DNA of 64,000 bases, from NCBI GenBank assembly GCA_963702655.1, contig CAVPDO010000012.1, forward strand, positions 107,204 through 171,203. The letters run 5' to 3'. The notes under the pieces were generated by a model. The model ran no database searches. It worked only from the letters and a program-made list of their open reading frames with translations, and was not told where the DNA came from. This document shows, in pieces, positions 1 to 10,311 of the stretch (positions are counted from its first letter, which is position 1; each line of letters begins with the position of its first letter). The position numbers and the translations under genes were made by a program. Source of the stretch: an uncultured Actinomycetes bacterium (GTDB taxonomy: Bacteria; Actinomycetota; Thermoleophilia; Gaiellales; Gaiellaceae).

Positions 1-22
1 ACTGATCGAAGACACGACACAG

Positions 23-962
23 ATGATCGGCGAGGAGGACGCTGCAGAGCGCCTCCGTGAGCTGATGGAGCGCTCGCGGGACGAGGTCTCCAAGGCGGTC
101 GTCGGCCAGGACCAGGCGGTCGACCTGATCCTGATCGCCGCGCTCGCCCGCGGGCACGTGCTTCTCGAAGGCGCGCCCGGCACGGCCAAGACCCTGCTCG
201 CGCAGGCGATGGCGCGCGTACTCGGCGCGCACTTCCAGCGCGTCCAGTTCTCGCCCGACACGACTCCGAGCGAGCTGATCGGGACGATGGAGATGCGCGG
301 CGGCGAGCTCGTGCTCGAGCGCGGAGCGATCTTCACGAACGTCCTGCTCGCCGACGAGCTCAACCGGACGCCGCCGCGCGTGCAGGCGGGCCTGCTCGAG
401 GCGATGCAGGAGCGGCACGTGACCGTGCGCGGGCGCACGTACTTCATCGATCCGCCGTTCTTCGTCATGGCCACGCAGAACCCGTACGAGCACGAGGGCG
501 TCTTCCCCATCACCGAGTCGCAGCTCGACCGCTTCCTGATCAAGGTCGACCTCGGCTACGGCGACGAGGACGCCGAGCTGAGTACGCTCAACCTCCCCCA
601 CCGCGGTGTCATCCCGGACATGCTCGGGGACATCTCGCCGCTCCTCGGCGAGCGCGCGTTCCTCGTGGCGCAGGAGATCGTCGACGAGGTGGAGGTGAGC
701 GAGGACGTCGCGCGCCTCTGCGTCCGCATCGTCCGCGAGACACGGAACGCGGACGGCGTCGAGCTCGGCGCCAGCCCTCGCGCCGCACGGCACCTGATGA
801 CCGCCGCGAAGGCTCGGGCGGCCGCCGAAGGAAGGCAGAGCGCCGAGGTCGAGGACGTGACGTGGCTCGCACCCTTCGTTCTCAGCCACCGCGTGAGCGC
901 CGAGAACGCCACCCCGAACGAGATCGTCGAGGCGAGCCCTCCAGAGAGCTCTCGAGCGCTAG
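23..962 (+). CDS. MoxR-like AAA+ ATPase (probable +1 frameshift near 930-945; as given the frame stays open to 1516)
   Basis: Walker A GAPGTAKT, Walker B LLADELNR, ATQNP sensor region and a MoxR-type lid (GASPRAARHL). Shifting frame near 935 gives ...ALQRALER-TAG at 960-962, a typical ~313 aa length. Interval length is 1 mod 3. Sequence 960-1260 looks non-coding. Confidence 0.85.
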
Positions 963-1073
963 GAGTTACCCCCGTATCGTCGGTCTCGAACCCACCGGAA
1001 GTGCTGGACGTTCGGCGCAAATCCGACGATACTGCGACAGGAACCCGTAAGCGAACCCAGAAAGCGGAGTCTC

Positions 1074-1157
1074 ATGTTTTACGTCATTCTCGCCATCATC
1101 TTCGTCGTCCTGCTCTTCGCCTACGTGCGGGTGCGCGGCCGGCGGGTGAGTCGCTAG
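1074..1157 (+). CDS. Candidate 27-aa hydrophobic micro-protein (MFYVILAIIFVVLLFAYVRVRGRRVSR)
   Basis: ATG preceded by GGAG 5 nt upstream. One predicted TM helix followed by a basic tail. Not in the ORF track because it is short; no homology evidence. Confidence 0.3.
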   Translation: MFYVILAIIFVVLLFAYVRVRGRRVSR

Positions 1158-1261
1158 CACCTTCGGCTCAGGCACGACGCTGCGGGTCGATGGCCGGCGA
1201 CCCCCAGCGGATAGGTTCGGCTGGAACACGGCCCACGTACGTACGGAAGGGGAAAAGGGAC

Positions 1262-1516
1262 GTGCCTGTCAGCGTCACCATCGAGGCCGCCTCGAAGGCC
1301 GAGGCGGAGTTGATTGCGCAGCACCTGCCCGTCGAGGCACGCGCGCAGTCGTGGCGCGGGCTCGGCGTCATCCGTCTCGGCCGACGCAGCTCGGCGGAGA
1401 CGAAGGCTTTCATCGATGCGGTCTCGCGGAGCTTTCGGCAGCACGAGCTGCGGTGGGCCCGCGTGCGGTACGACGACGAGGAGCGCCTCTTCAAGACCAG
1501 CCGCCCGGGTCGGTGA
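1262..1516 (+). CDS. Hypothetical 84-aa protein, candidate independent gene in the tail of the MoxR open frame
   Basis: GTG at 1262 preceded by a purine-rich GGAAGGGGAAAAGGGA. Coding-like GC3 resumes here (VPVSVTIEAASKAEAELIAQH...RVRYDDEERLFK). Confidence 0.3.
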   Translation: MPVSVTIEAASKAEAELIAQHLPVEARAQSWRGLGVIRLGRRSSAETKAFIDAVSRSFRQHELRWARVRYDDEERLFKTSRPGR

Positions 1517-1529
1517 CAGCGGCGGCCGG

Positions 1530-3394
<1,865 letters not shown>

Positions 3395-3468
3395 GTGCGC
3401 ACAATGCCACGCGAAGCGGCCGGCAGCGGCTCAAGGATCGCGTTCGGGAAGCCGATCTCCAGGCAGGA

Positions 3469-3801
3469 GTGGCGAAGATGCTCGAGCCTGCGATGGTGAT
3501 CGGCCTCGGCGCGGTGGCGGTCTGGACGCACGTCCGTTTCCCCGGCCTCCGCCCCGGCTCGCTCCTGCGCGCCGCCGTGCAGGTCGCCGTCTCGTTCGGC
3601 GCCTTCGCGTTCCTTCCAGCGGTGCTTGGCCTGGCGGTTCCGCTCCTGTCTCTTCACGCCATGCGGCTCTCGGTCACGCTCGCGCTGCTCATCGCTTCCA
3701 TGACATACCTCTTGCTGACCTGGGTGTGGCTGATCGCGCGGCTCCTGGACGACCTGCTGGGCGGCACTCCGCGCGGCGGGCACCCCGCCGCCACCTCCTA
3801 G
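3469..3801 (+). CDS. Hypothetical integral membrane protein (about 3 TM helices)
   Basis: Hydrophobic stretches and coding-like GC3; no recognisable family. Confidence 0.5.
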   Translation: MAKMLEPAMVIGLGAVAVWTHVRFPGLRPGSLLRAAVQVAVSFGAFAFLPAVLGLAVPLLSLHAMRLSVTLALLIASMTYLLLTWVWLIARLLDDLLGGTPRGGHPAATS

Positions 3802-3846
3802 CCGCGACACGAGCCGGACGGCTGTAGGTTCTCCGGGAGCGGAGAG

Positions 3847-4353
3847 ATGAGCGAGCCTGCACAGCCACCGGAAAGCAACTGGTCGCCGAACACGATCGTC
3901 GTCACCTACGACGGAACCGCCTCGGCCGAGCGGTCGCTGGACCGCGCGATCGAGCTGGCACGGGTGTTCGGCTCGCGGGTCGTCGTGGCGGACGTCGCCG
4001 CTCTCACGCCGATGCCGTTGGAGCCGATGCCGGGCGCGTTCGGCTACATGCCGTACTACGACGTCGGCGCCATCGAAGAGGACGCCCGGACGGCCGACGC
4101 CGTCTGGCAGCAGCATCGGTCACACATCGAGGAGCTCTTCGCGGCGAGCGGTGTGGGACACGAGTTCGACCGCCTCTCCGCGGACGACGTCGCGGACATC
4201 GCCGATCTCGCGAGTCGCCATGACGCAGACCTGGTAATCCTCGGCACCCATGAAGCCGGCTTCCTGGAGCGCATGGTGGCAGGAAGCGTCGGCGAAGCGG
4301 TGGCACGCCGCGCGCGCTGCGACGTGCTGATCGTCCACCCCGACGACGAGTAG
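3847..4353 (+). CDS. Universal stress protein (UspA family)
   Basis: IVVTYDGTASAERSLDRAIELA near the N-terminus. C-terminal HDADLVILGTHEAGFLERMVAGSVGEAVARRARCDVLIV, a USP ATP-binding-type motif. Confidence 0.85.
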   Translation: MSEPAQPPESNWSPNTIVVTYDGTASAERSLDRAIELARVFGSRVVVADVAALTPMPLEPMPGAFGYMPYYDVGAIEEDARTADAVWQQHRSHIEELFAASGVGHEFDRLSADDVADIADLASRHDADLVILGTHEAGFLERMVAGSVGEAVARRARCDVLIVHPDDE

Positions 4354-4638
4354 GGCGCTTCCTAGACGAAGTGCAGCACGACACAGCCGAGCGCAACGGC
4401 CCACGCCGCCTCCACGAGCAAGACGAGCGAGAGAAAAACGATGCCGTGCACCCGCTCCCTGGGAACCTCTGTGGGCAACCTCAGTGTCAAGCGCTCGTCC
4501 TTTCGGCGACCGGCGAGCCCATCTCCGCAGGGGCTCGACCCTCGCTCTCATCCTCGGCGGCGAGGCCGATCCCGCGCTAGCCGAACGGCTAGACCCTGCA
4601 ACCCGAGAGCGCCAGCGAAAACTGCAGCCGGCCGCGGA

Positions 4639-6198
4639 TCAGTAGCCGGGGCCGCCGAGGCCGTGCGTGGCCTCGAGCTCGCTCGGCCGACGAGTCTCCT
4701 CGCCGAGACGCGTCACCGGAATCGGCACCACCTGGCCGCCTGCCGAGCCGAACGCCGTCAACGCCCGGTCATGCAGCTCGGCGTAGGGCTCGACGACGGT
4801 CGCGGGCGCGCTGCTGCGCGTCGCCGACTCGCCGCGGACGACCACAGCAAACGTCCGCAGCAGGATCGCCAGGTCGACCGTCAGGCTCCGGTGCCGGAGG
4901 TACCAGAGGTCGTACGAGAGCTTCGTCGCGGTCTCCTCGGCACTGGCGGCGTAGCCGTCCCGGACCTGCGCCCAACCGGTGAGCCCGGGCTTGATCAGGT
5001 GGCGCCGTATCCAGAAGGGAACGCGATCGCTCAGCTCCTCCAGGAACTCGGGCCGCTCGGGCCGCGGGCCCACGAGCGACATCTCGCCGCGGAGCACGTT
5101 CCAGAGCTGAGGGAGCTCGTCGAGTCTGAGCTGCCGCATCACCGCGCCCGCGCGGGTCAGCCGCGGATCGTTGGCGCTGGCCCAGACGGCCGCTCCGGCC
5201 GCCTCGGCGTCGGCACGCATCGTCCGAAACTTGTAGATGGTGAACAGCTTTCCGTGCTCGCCGAGGCGAGACTGGCGAAAGATCAGCGGGCCGTCCGTCC
5301 GCAGGACGAACACCGCCAGCAGCGGGAAGAGCGGCAGCGTGAGGAGGAGCAGCAGGGACGCCCCGACCAGGTCGAGTCCGCGCTTCACGGCCCGCGAATA
5401 GCGGCGCCGATAGAGGTGCAGGACGCTCATGAACCAGTCGTGGGAAACATCCTCGATCGGAACGCGGCCGAAGGCGTACTCGTAGAACTCGGCGAGCTCG
5501 AGGACTCCGAAGCCGGCCTCGGCGGCGTCGAGGAGTCCGGAGATCGTCTCGGGCGTCCTGCGCCCGTCCGACAGGACGACGAGGTCCGGTTGATGCTCTG
5601 CGATGACCGCTGCGAGCTCCGGGAGGCGACCGCGCAGCAGCGCGTCCGGATCCCGCTCGTCCGGGTGCTCGGCGGCGTCGACGACGACGCCGACCAACTC
5701 GTAGCCGCCGTCGGAGGGCAGGTCCTGCAGCAGCGTCTCCGCCTCGGCGATCTCGCCGACCAGCAGGAGGCGCACGGCAGGCCGGAGCTTCCGCACCGCC
5801 AACACCTCCCAGGCCGCGGCGACGAGGAAGACGGTCAAGGCAACGAGCCAGATCGCGGCCACCGACAGCTGCATCCCCGGCAGCCCGGCCGAGACTGCCA
5901 TCGATGCGGCAACGGCGATCAGCACGCCCCGGCAGATCGCGACCTCCGGGCCGAGAGCAGTCAGCGAAGGGCCGCCGACGGCATGGCCGATGGCGATCGA
6001 AACCGCCCAGATCGGAACCAGGACAGCAGCGGCGGCGATGCGCTCGTGCCAGCTGTGCCCGGGCAGCACGAAGACGAGAGCGAGGACCGGCAAGACGACC
6101 GCGAGCACCCGTCCCGTCTTGCAAACGAGTGCTGCACGACGCCGGACCGAGCGACGCTGCGGCCCAGTGTCCACGTCAAAATCCCCTTCGCGACCCAC
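4639..6198 (-). CDS. Polyprenyl-phosphate sugar phosphotransferase (WbaP/EpsB-type priming transferase)
   Basis: N-terminal TM bundle plus the bacterial sugar transferase core: PLIFRQSRLGEHGKLFTIYKFRTM, DELPQLWNVLRGEMSLVGPRPERP, KPGLTGWAQV. Confidence 0.9.
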   Translation of the reverse strand: MGREGDFDVDTGPQRRSVRRRAALVCKTGRVLAVVLPVLALVFVLPGHSWHERIAAAAVLVPIWAVSIAIGHAVGGPSLTALGPEVAICRGVLIAVAASMAVSAGLPGMQLSVAAIWLVALTVFLVAAAWEVLAVRKLRPAVRLLLVGEIAEAETLLQDLPSDGGYELVGVVVDAAEHPDERDPDALLRGRLPELAAVIAEHQPDLVVLSDGRRTPETISGLLDAAEAGFGVLELAEFYEYAFGRVPIEDVSHDWFMSVLHLYRRRYSRAVKRGLDLVGASLLLLLTLPLFPLLAVFVLRTDGPLIFRQSRLGEHGKLFTIYKFRTMRADAEAAGAAVWASANDPRLTRAGAVMRQLRLDELPQLWNVLRGEMSLVGPRPERPEFLEELSDRVPFWIRRHLIKPGLTGWAQVRDGYAASAEETATKLSYDLWYLRHRSLTVDLAILLRTFAVVVRGESATRSSAPATVVEPYAELHDRALTAFGSAGGQVVPIPVTRLGEETRRPSELEATHGLGGPGY

Positions 6199-6327
6199 TC
6201 TACGGCCAGCGTAGAGAGGCGCCCAGCGCCAGACCCTAGACCAAAGACTAAGCCGAGCAAGGCCAAAGCGCCGTGGGCAAAACCGCTTTCGAACTACAGT
6301 CGAAGAAGAGGCTGCGTGCCCTCTCCG

Positions 6328-7125
6328 ATGACCAGTCCGTCAGTCGACACTCCACGGCTCTTCGAGCACAACCTCGACCCCGCTCTCTTCACGAGCGACC
6401 GCCTCGATGCTCTCTGTCGTGGCGCAGCCGAGCGGGGGTCGCTGAAGGTGCAATTCACGGATCCCGGACGCCAGCGCTACGGGAACGAACCCATCTACAC
6501 GCGACCCAGCTATCCCGTGCTCGAGGACGCGAGACGGCGACCGGTGCAGTACCGGATCATGGACGTGGACCACTTCGGAGGACCGGAGTACAAGGCCTGT
6601 CTCGACCACATCTTCGACGTCGGGGGCCCCGACCCGAGCCTTGGGCGGATCCGGCCCGAGACCGTCGTGCGCGTCTTCGCGCCCGGGGCAGTCGTCGCCC
6701 TCCACGGCGACCCTGATCTCAAGCTCGTCTCGACCCTCTCGGGGGAAACGATCTGGTGGGTGCGGCCGCCCGACGCGATGACGGACGAGGAGCACGAGAA
6801 CCTCCTGCGCGGCGGGTTCTTCCTCGACTGGCGGGACTGGGAGGACCAGGGACTCCGCATCCCGCCCGGCCAGGGGTGCTTCGTACCGTCGCGCTGGGCG
6901 CACTGGCTGACGCATCCATGCGACGAGCCGATCGTCAGCTTCGAGATCGGCTTCTGGTCGATCGCAAGCGTCCGGGCGCGCAAGGTGTACGACGTCAACT
7001 GGATGCTGCGCCGCGCGCACGTGGCCCCGGCCGGGCCCGGTGGCGATCGGGACAAGGTGAAGACCCTCGCGTTCGACGGCATCAGCACCGTCACGCGCAA
7101 GGGTGTCGCGTATCGCGGCATCTGA
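6328..7125 (+). CDS. JmjC/cupin-like putative Fe(II)/2-oxoglutarate oxygenase, paralog 1
   Basis: Only the ATG-6328 portion of the 4441..7125 ORF looks real. Candidate HxD...H triad (VALHGD ... RWAHWLTHP) in a beta-rich C-terminal half. Paralogous to 8335..9126. Confidence 0.65.
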   Translation: MTSPSVDTPRLFEHNLDPALFTSDRLDALCRGAAERGSLKVQFTDPGRQRYGNEPIYTRPSYPVLEDARRRPVQYRIMDVDHFGGPEYKACLDHIFDVGGPDPSLGRIRPETVVRVFAPGAVVALHGDPDLKLVSTLSGETIWWVRPPDAMTDEEHENLLRGGFFLDWRDWEDQGLRIPPGQGCFVPSRWAHWLTHPCDEPIVSFEIGFWSIASVRARKVYDVNWMLRRAHVAPAGPGGDRDKVKTLAFDGISTVTRKGVAYRGI

Positions 7126-7139
7126 GGTCGCGATCCATC

Positions 7140-8333
7140 GTGGACATCGACGCACTCGTACTCGACCTCGACACACGCGCCGGCCTCTGCATCGCCCGCA
7201 GCCTCGGACGTGCCGGCTACGCCGTGGCCGTCGCGGCCAGGGACGGGAGGGCCTCGGGCCTGACCAGCCGCTACGTGTCACGGCGGATCGTCCTCCCGGA
7301 CCCCGCCGTCGACTTCCACGACCACACGAACGCGCTGCTCGATGCGCTCGCCTCCCAGCGCCCCGACGCCGCACTCCCTTCGATCGACTCGAGCGTCGAG
7401 GTTCTGCACACGAACCGGGACGCCGTGGGCCGATTCACGGCGCCGGCGCTCGGAAGCTTCGAGGCGGTGGAGATCGCCCTGAGCAAGGAGCGGACGATCG
7501 AGATCGCCCGCTCGCTCGGCGTTCCCGTGCCGCGCTCGACCCGGGTCGAAAACCTGGCCGAGCTCGAAGCAGCCGTGGCCGACACCGGACTGCCCTGCGT
7601 GCTCAAGCCGGACCGCTCGTGGCGACCGTCCGAGGCAGGCGGCGAACGGCTCTCGCCGATCATCGTCCGCGACGCGGAAGAGGCGCGTCGGGTGGGCGCC
7701 GGCCTCGTCCGTGGCGACGCGCCGGTGCTGGTACAGGAGTTCGCGGTCGGAGACCGGGAGACGATCAAGCTCTTCCGCGCGGACGGACGAACGCTCGTGC
7801 GGATGGCGATGCTCGTCGACCGTGCCTGGCCTCCCCTGGGCGGGTCATCGGTCATGCGGCGCACGGTCAGCCCTCCGGAGGACGTTCTCGACCATGCCGA
7901 GCGGCTCGTCGCCGAGGTCGGTCTCGACGGCTACTCGGAGGTGGAGTTCCGGCGGGATGCGAGCGGCCGGCCTCTGCTGATGGAGATCAACCCGCGGATC
8001 TCGCAGTCGGTGGAGGTTGCGGTGCGGGCCGGTGTCGACTTCCCCCGGATGCAGTTCGAGTGGGCTCGCGGCGGCTCGATACCCGACCCGCCGGCCCCCG
8101 TCCTGGGACTGCGGGTGGGTTGGCTCGCGGGCGACCTACGCCTGCTCACGGGAGCTCTCGGCGCAGGCCCGCCGCCGCGGCCGAGCTTGTGGCCGACCGT
8201 CCGCGCGATCGCGTCCGACTACGTCGTCCACCATGCGCGGATCGAGGGATTCGACAGGCGCGACCGCAAGCCCGTGCTCGGATCGATCAGCTTCGCCCTG
8301 CGCAGCCTCACCGCGCGAAACGGCAAGGCCTAG
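7140..8333 (+). CDS. ATP-grasp carboxylate-amine ligase (predicted ATP-grasp enzyme family)
   Basis: GTG at 7140, in frame with ORF 6756..8333. Has LPCVLKP, VLVQEF and the ATP-grasp signature YSEVEFRRDASGRPLLMEINPRISQS. Confidence 0.85.
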   Translation: MDIDALVLDLDTRAGLCIARSLGRAGYAVAVAARDGRASGLTSRYVSRRIVLPDPAVDFHDHTNALLDALASQRPDAALPSIDSSVEVLHTNRDAVGRFTAPALGSFEAVEIALSKERTIEIARSLGVPVPRSTRVENLAELEAAVADTGLPCVLKPDRSWRPSEAGGERLSPIIVRDAEEARRVGAGLVRGDAPVLVQEFAVGDRETIKLFRADGRTLVRMAMLVDRAWPPLGGSSVMRRTVSPPEDVLDHAERLVAEVGLDGYSEVEFRRDASGRPLLMEINPRISQSVEVAVRAGVDFPRMQFEWARGGSIPDPPAPVLGLRVGWLAGDLRLLTGALGAGPPPRPSLWPTVRAIASDYVVHHARIEGFDRRDRKPVLGSISFALRSLTARNGKA

Positions 8334-8334
8334 C

Positions 8335-9126
8335 TCAGACGCCCCGGAACTCGCCGCCTTTGCGGGTGATCACGGTCATGGCGTCGAACACCCGGCGCTT
8401 TCGCTGGTCGTGGCTCTCGTTCTCGCCCGGAGGCCTCGGGGAGAGCTTCGCCTTCCGCATCATCCAGTTGACATCCCAGACCTTGCGGTTGCGAACGTCG
8501 TCGGCCGTCCAGTAGCCGACCTCGAAGCTCACCGCCGGGTCCGGGCCGGGATGCTCGATCCAGTGGGGCCAGCGCGGCGGTGCCGCGAAGCCGTCTCCCG
8601 GGTGGAGGTCGTAGGTGGCGAAGAGCGGCATCTCTCGCCACGGCACGAAGTGGCCGCCGCGCAGCAGGGCCTCGTTCTCCTCCTGCGAGAGACCGCTCGG
8701 CGGGTACACGTGCCAGTCGTTGCGACCGGCGAGGCCGCAGTCGAGCTGCGTCTCACCGTCGCCGTGGAGCGCGACGGGCACGTCGGGGCTGAAGACGCGG
8801 ATCACGGTCATCTCGCCGTAGCGAGGCTCGTCCTGGGGGATGCCTGCGGCCTCGAGCACCTGCTGGCGCGGTTCCCGGTACTCCGGAGCCCAGTCCGTGA
8901 GGTCGCTGAAGTGGACGTGGAGCGGCCGGGCGAGAACGTCCTCGGCGATCGGCTTCTCGAGCTTCGTCATCTGCGGGCCCTCGCCGGGCTGACGCTCGCG
9001 TCCCGCATCCGCGAGCTGCACCTCCGCCTTGCCCGGAGGGGCCTGGCGGAAGAGCCGGTCGAGCCTGTCGAGCGCGAACAGGTCGGGGTCGAGCTCGTGC
9101 CGGAATGCGTACGGCGCGTCGATCAG
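8335..9126 (-). CDS. JmjC/cupin-like putative oxygenase, paralog 2 (start codon unresolved)
   Basis: VALHGDGETQ ... RWPHWIEHP. Homology to paralog 1 (YAFRHELDPDLFALDRLDRL vs RLFEHNLDPALFTSDRLDAL) extends upstream of the first ATG (8970). No ATG/GTG/TTG lies in frame between there and the GNAT stop at 9123. Confidence 0.65.
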   Translation of the reverse strand: MIDAPYAFRHELDPDLFALDRLDRLFRQAPPGKAEVQLADAGRERQPGEGPQMTKLEKPIAEDVLARPLHVHFSDLTDWAPEYREPRQQVLEAAGIPQDEPRYGEMTVIRVFSPDVPVALHGDGETQLDCGLAGRNDWHVYPPSGLSQEENEALLRGGHFVPWREMPLFATYDLHPGDGFAAPPRWPHWIEHPGPDPAVSFEVGYWTADDVRNRKVWDVNWMMRKAKLSPRPPGENESHDQRKRRVFDAMTVITRKGGEFRGV

Positions 9127-10298
9127 TCGACCTTCGACGCCGGCTCGGAAGATCCTTGGCTCCTGCGCAGAGAGCCGAACCCGCCGAGGTACAGACGGTG
9201 GAGGCGCTCGGACTGCTTCAGCTTCTTGCGCAAGCGGAGAGACGTGAGCTGCTGGCGGGCGGCGAGGGCGCCAAGCGGATTCTGGGCCAGGCCGATCCCC
9301 TGGTAGAGAGGCTCCTCCAGGTCGGCGAGCTCGAGCTTGTAGCGCTCGTTCCCGCCGAGGAACTCGACGCGGGTCAGTCCGTCCTCGCTGGCAACTCGGA
9401 GCGTCTCGAGGGTCGCGACGAGGCCGGGAGAGTACCGCGCCAGATCGGGGTCGAACGCGAGCCGGTGCACCACCATCGTCCCGTCGAGCGCGAAGAAGTA
9501 GTGGAACGCCGCAGGCCGGCCGCCCACCCGCATGAGCACGATCCGCAGCACATCGTCGTCGGCGATGCGGCGCAGTGCGGCGCGGTGGAAGTCTCGGCCC
9601 TCCTCCGTTCCGAACGTCGACCCGTCCGGGCGGCCCTGCCAGCGCAGGTTGTGCAGGAGAAATGCCTCCTCGAGCAGCGGCTCCAGCTCCTCGCGCGTCC
9701 GCCCGACCTCGAACTCGACCTCGCCGACCTCGCCGAGCTGGCGCAGCCGCCGCCGGTGCAGGTTGCGCTTCTTGGAGCTCGTCTTCGCCTGGTAGGCGTC
9801 CTCCCAGCCGTTCGGCATCAGCAGGACGGGCGCCTCCACTCTTTCGATCACGCGCAGGCCGCCGGACGCCCCGAGCAGCGACGCCTGGGGAAGACCGAAG
9901 AGGTCCGCGAAGTCGAAGGCCTGCGACTGAATCCCTTCCCTCAGCAACCGGGCCGTCGAGTCCGGCTCGTCCTCGGCGATCAGCAGATCCGCCAGGGCAG
10001 ACTCGTGCGCGCCGAGAAAGCGGGCAGTTCTGACGCCCTTCCCCCGCCTGACGAAGAGCGGCGCGGCGCCGACGAGCCGCCCCTGCCGGCGGACGGTGAC
10101 CACCGCCAGGCGCTCTCCCGAGCCGCCGTAGTGGCGCCACCACTCGACAAGCCAGCCGTGGAGCAGGAACGGACTCGGTCGTGCCATCGCCCGGACGAGC
10201 GTGTCCCATTCGGGGGCGAGTGCCTCGAGTCGATCCGACGACTGCACTGTCTCGACAACAGCGTCTTCCCGACTCGACAATTCCACCTCGGAGATCAT
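9123..10298 (-). CDS. GNAT-fold acyltransferase of the FemAB/CelD-like type
   Basis: About 390 aa. Opens with a typical ...LEALAPEWDTLV...PFLLHGWLVEWW and has a C-terminal GNAT core (FHYFFALDGTMVVHRLAFDP, RYSPGLV, FLGGNERYK). Confidence 0.8.
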   Translation of the reverse strand: MISEVELSSREDAVVETVQSSDRLEALAPEWDTLVRAMARPSPFLLHGWLVEWWRHYGGSGERLAVVTVRRQGRLVGAAPLFVRRGKGVRTARFLGAHESALADLLIAEDEPDSTARLLREGIQSQAFDFADLFGLPQASLLGASGGLRVIERVEAPVLLMPNGWEDAYQAKTSSKKRNLHRRRLRQLGEVGEVEFEVGRTREELEPLLEEAFLLHNLRWQGRPDGSTFGTEEGRDFHRAALRRIADDDVLRIVLMRVGGRPAAFHYFFALDGTMVVHRLAFDPDLARYSPGLVATLETLRVASEDGLTRVEFLGGNERYKLELADLEEPLYQGIGLAQNPLGALAARQQLTSLRLRKKLKQSERLHRLYLGGFGSLRRSQGSSEPASKVD

Positions 10299-10311
10299 AG
10301 GAGAGCTGCCG

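Noticed and set aside
4441-6327. N-terminal 630 codons of the 894-aa ORF 4441..7125
   Set aside because: It is antisense to the well-supported sugar-phosphotransferase gene (4639..6198) and has an Arg/Pro/Gly-rich low-complexity translation typical of high-GC shadow frames. Only the part from ATG 6328 shows paralog support.
7140-8333. ATP-grasp as a RiPP (graspetide/microviridin-type) maturase
   Set aside because: I found no short precursor-like ORF with Thr/Ser/Asp/Glu/Lys-rich core repeats in the flanking intergenic regions (6199-6327, 7126-7139). The enzyme resembles the carboxylate-amine ligase type rather than RimK-like graspetide ligases, and the context is polysaccharide biosynthesis.
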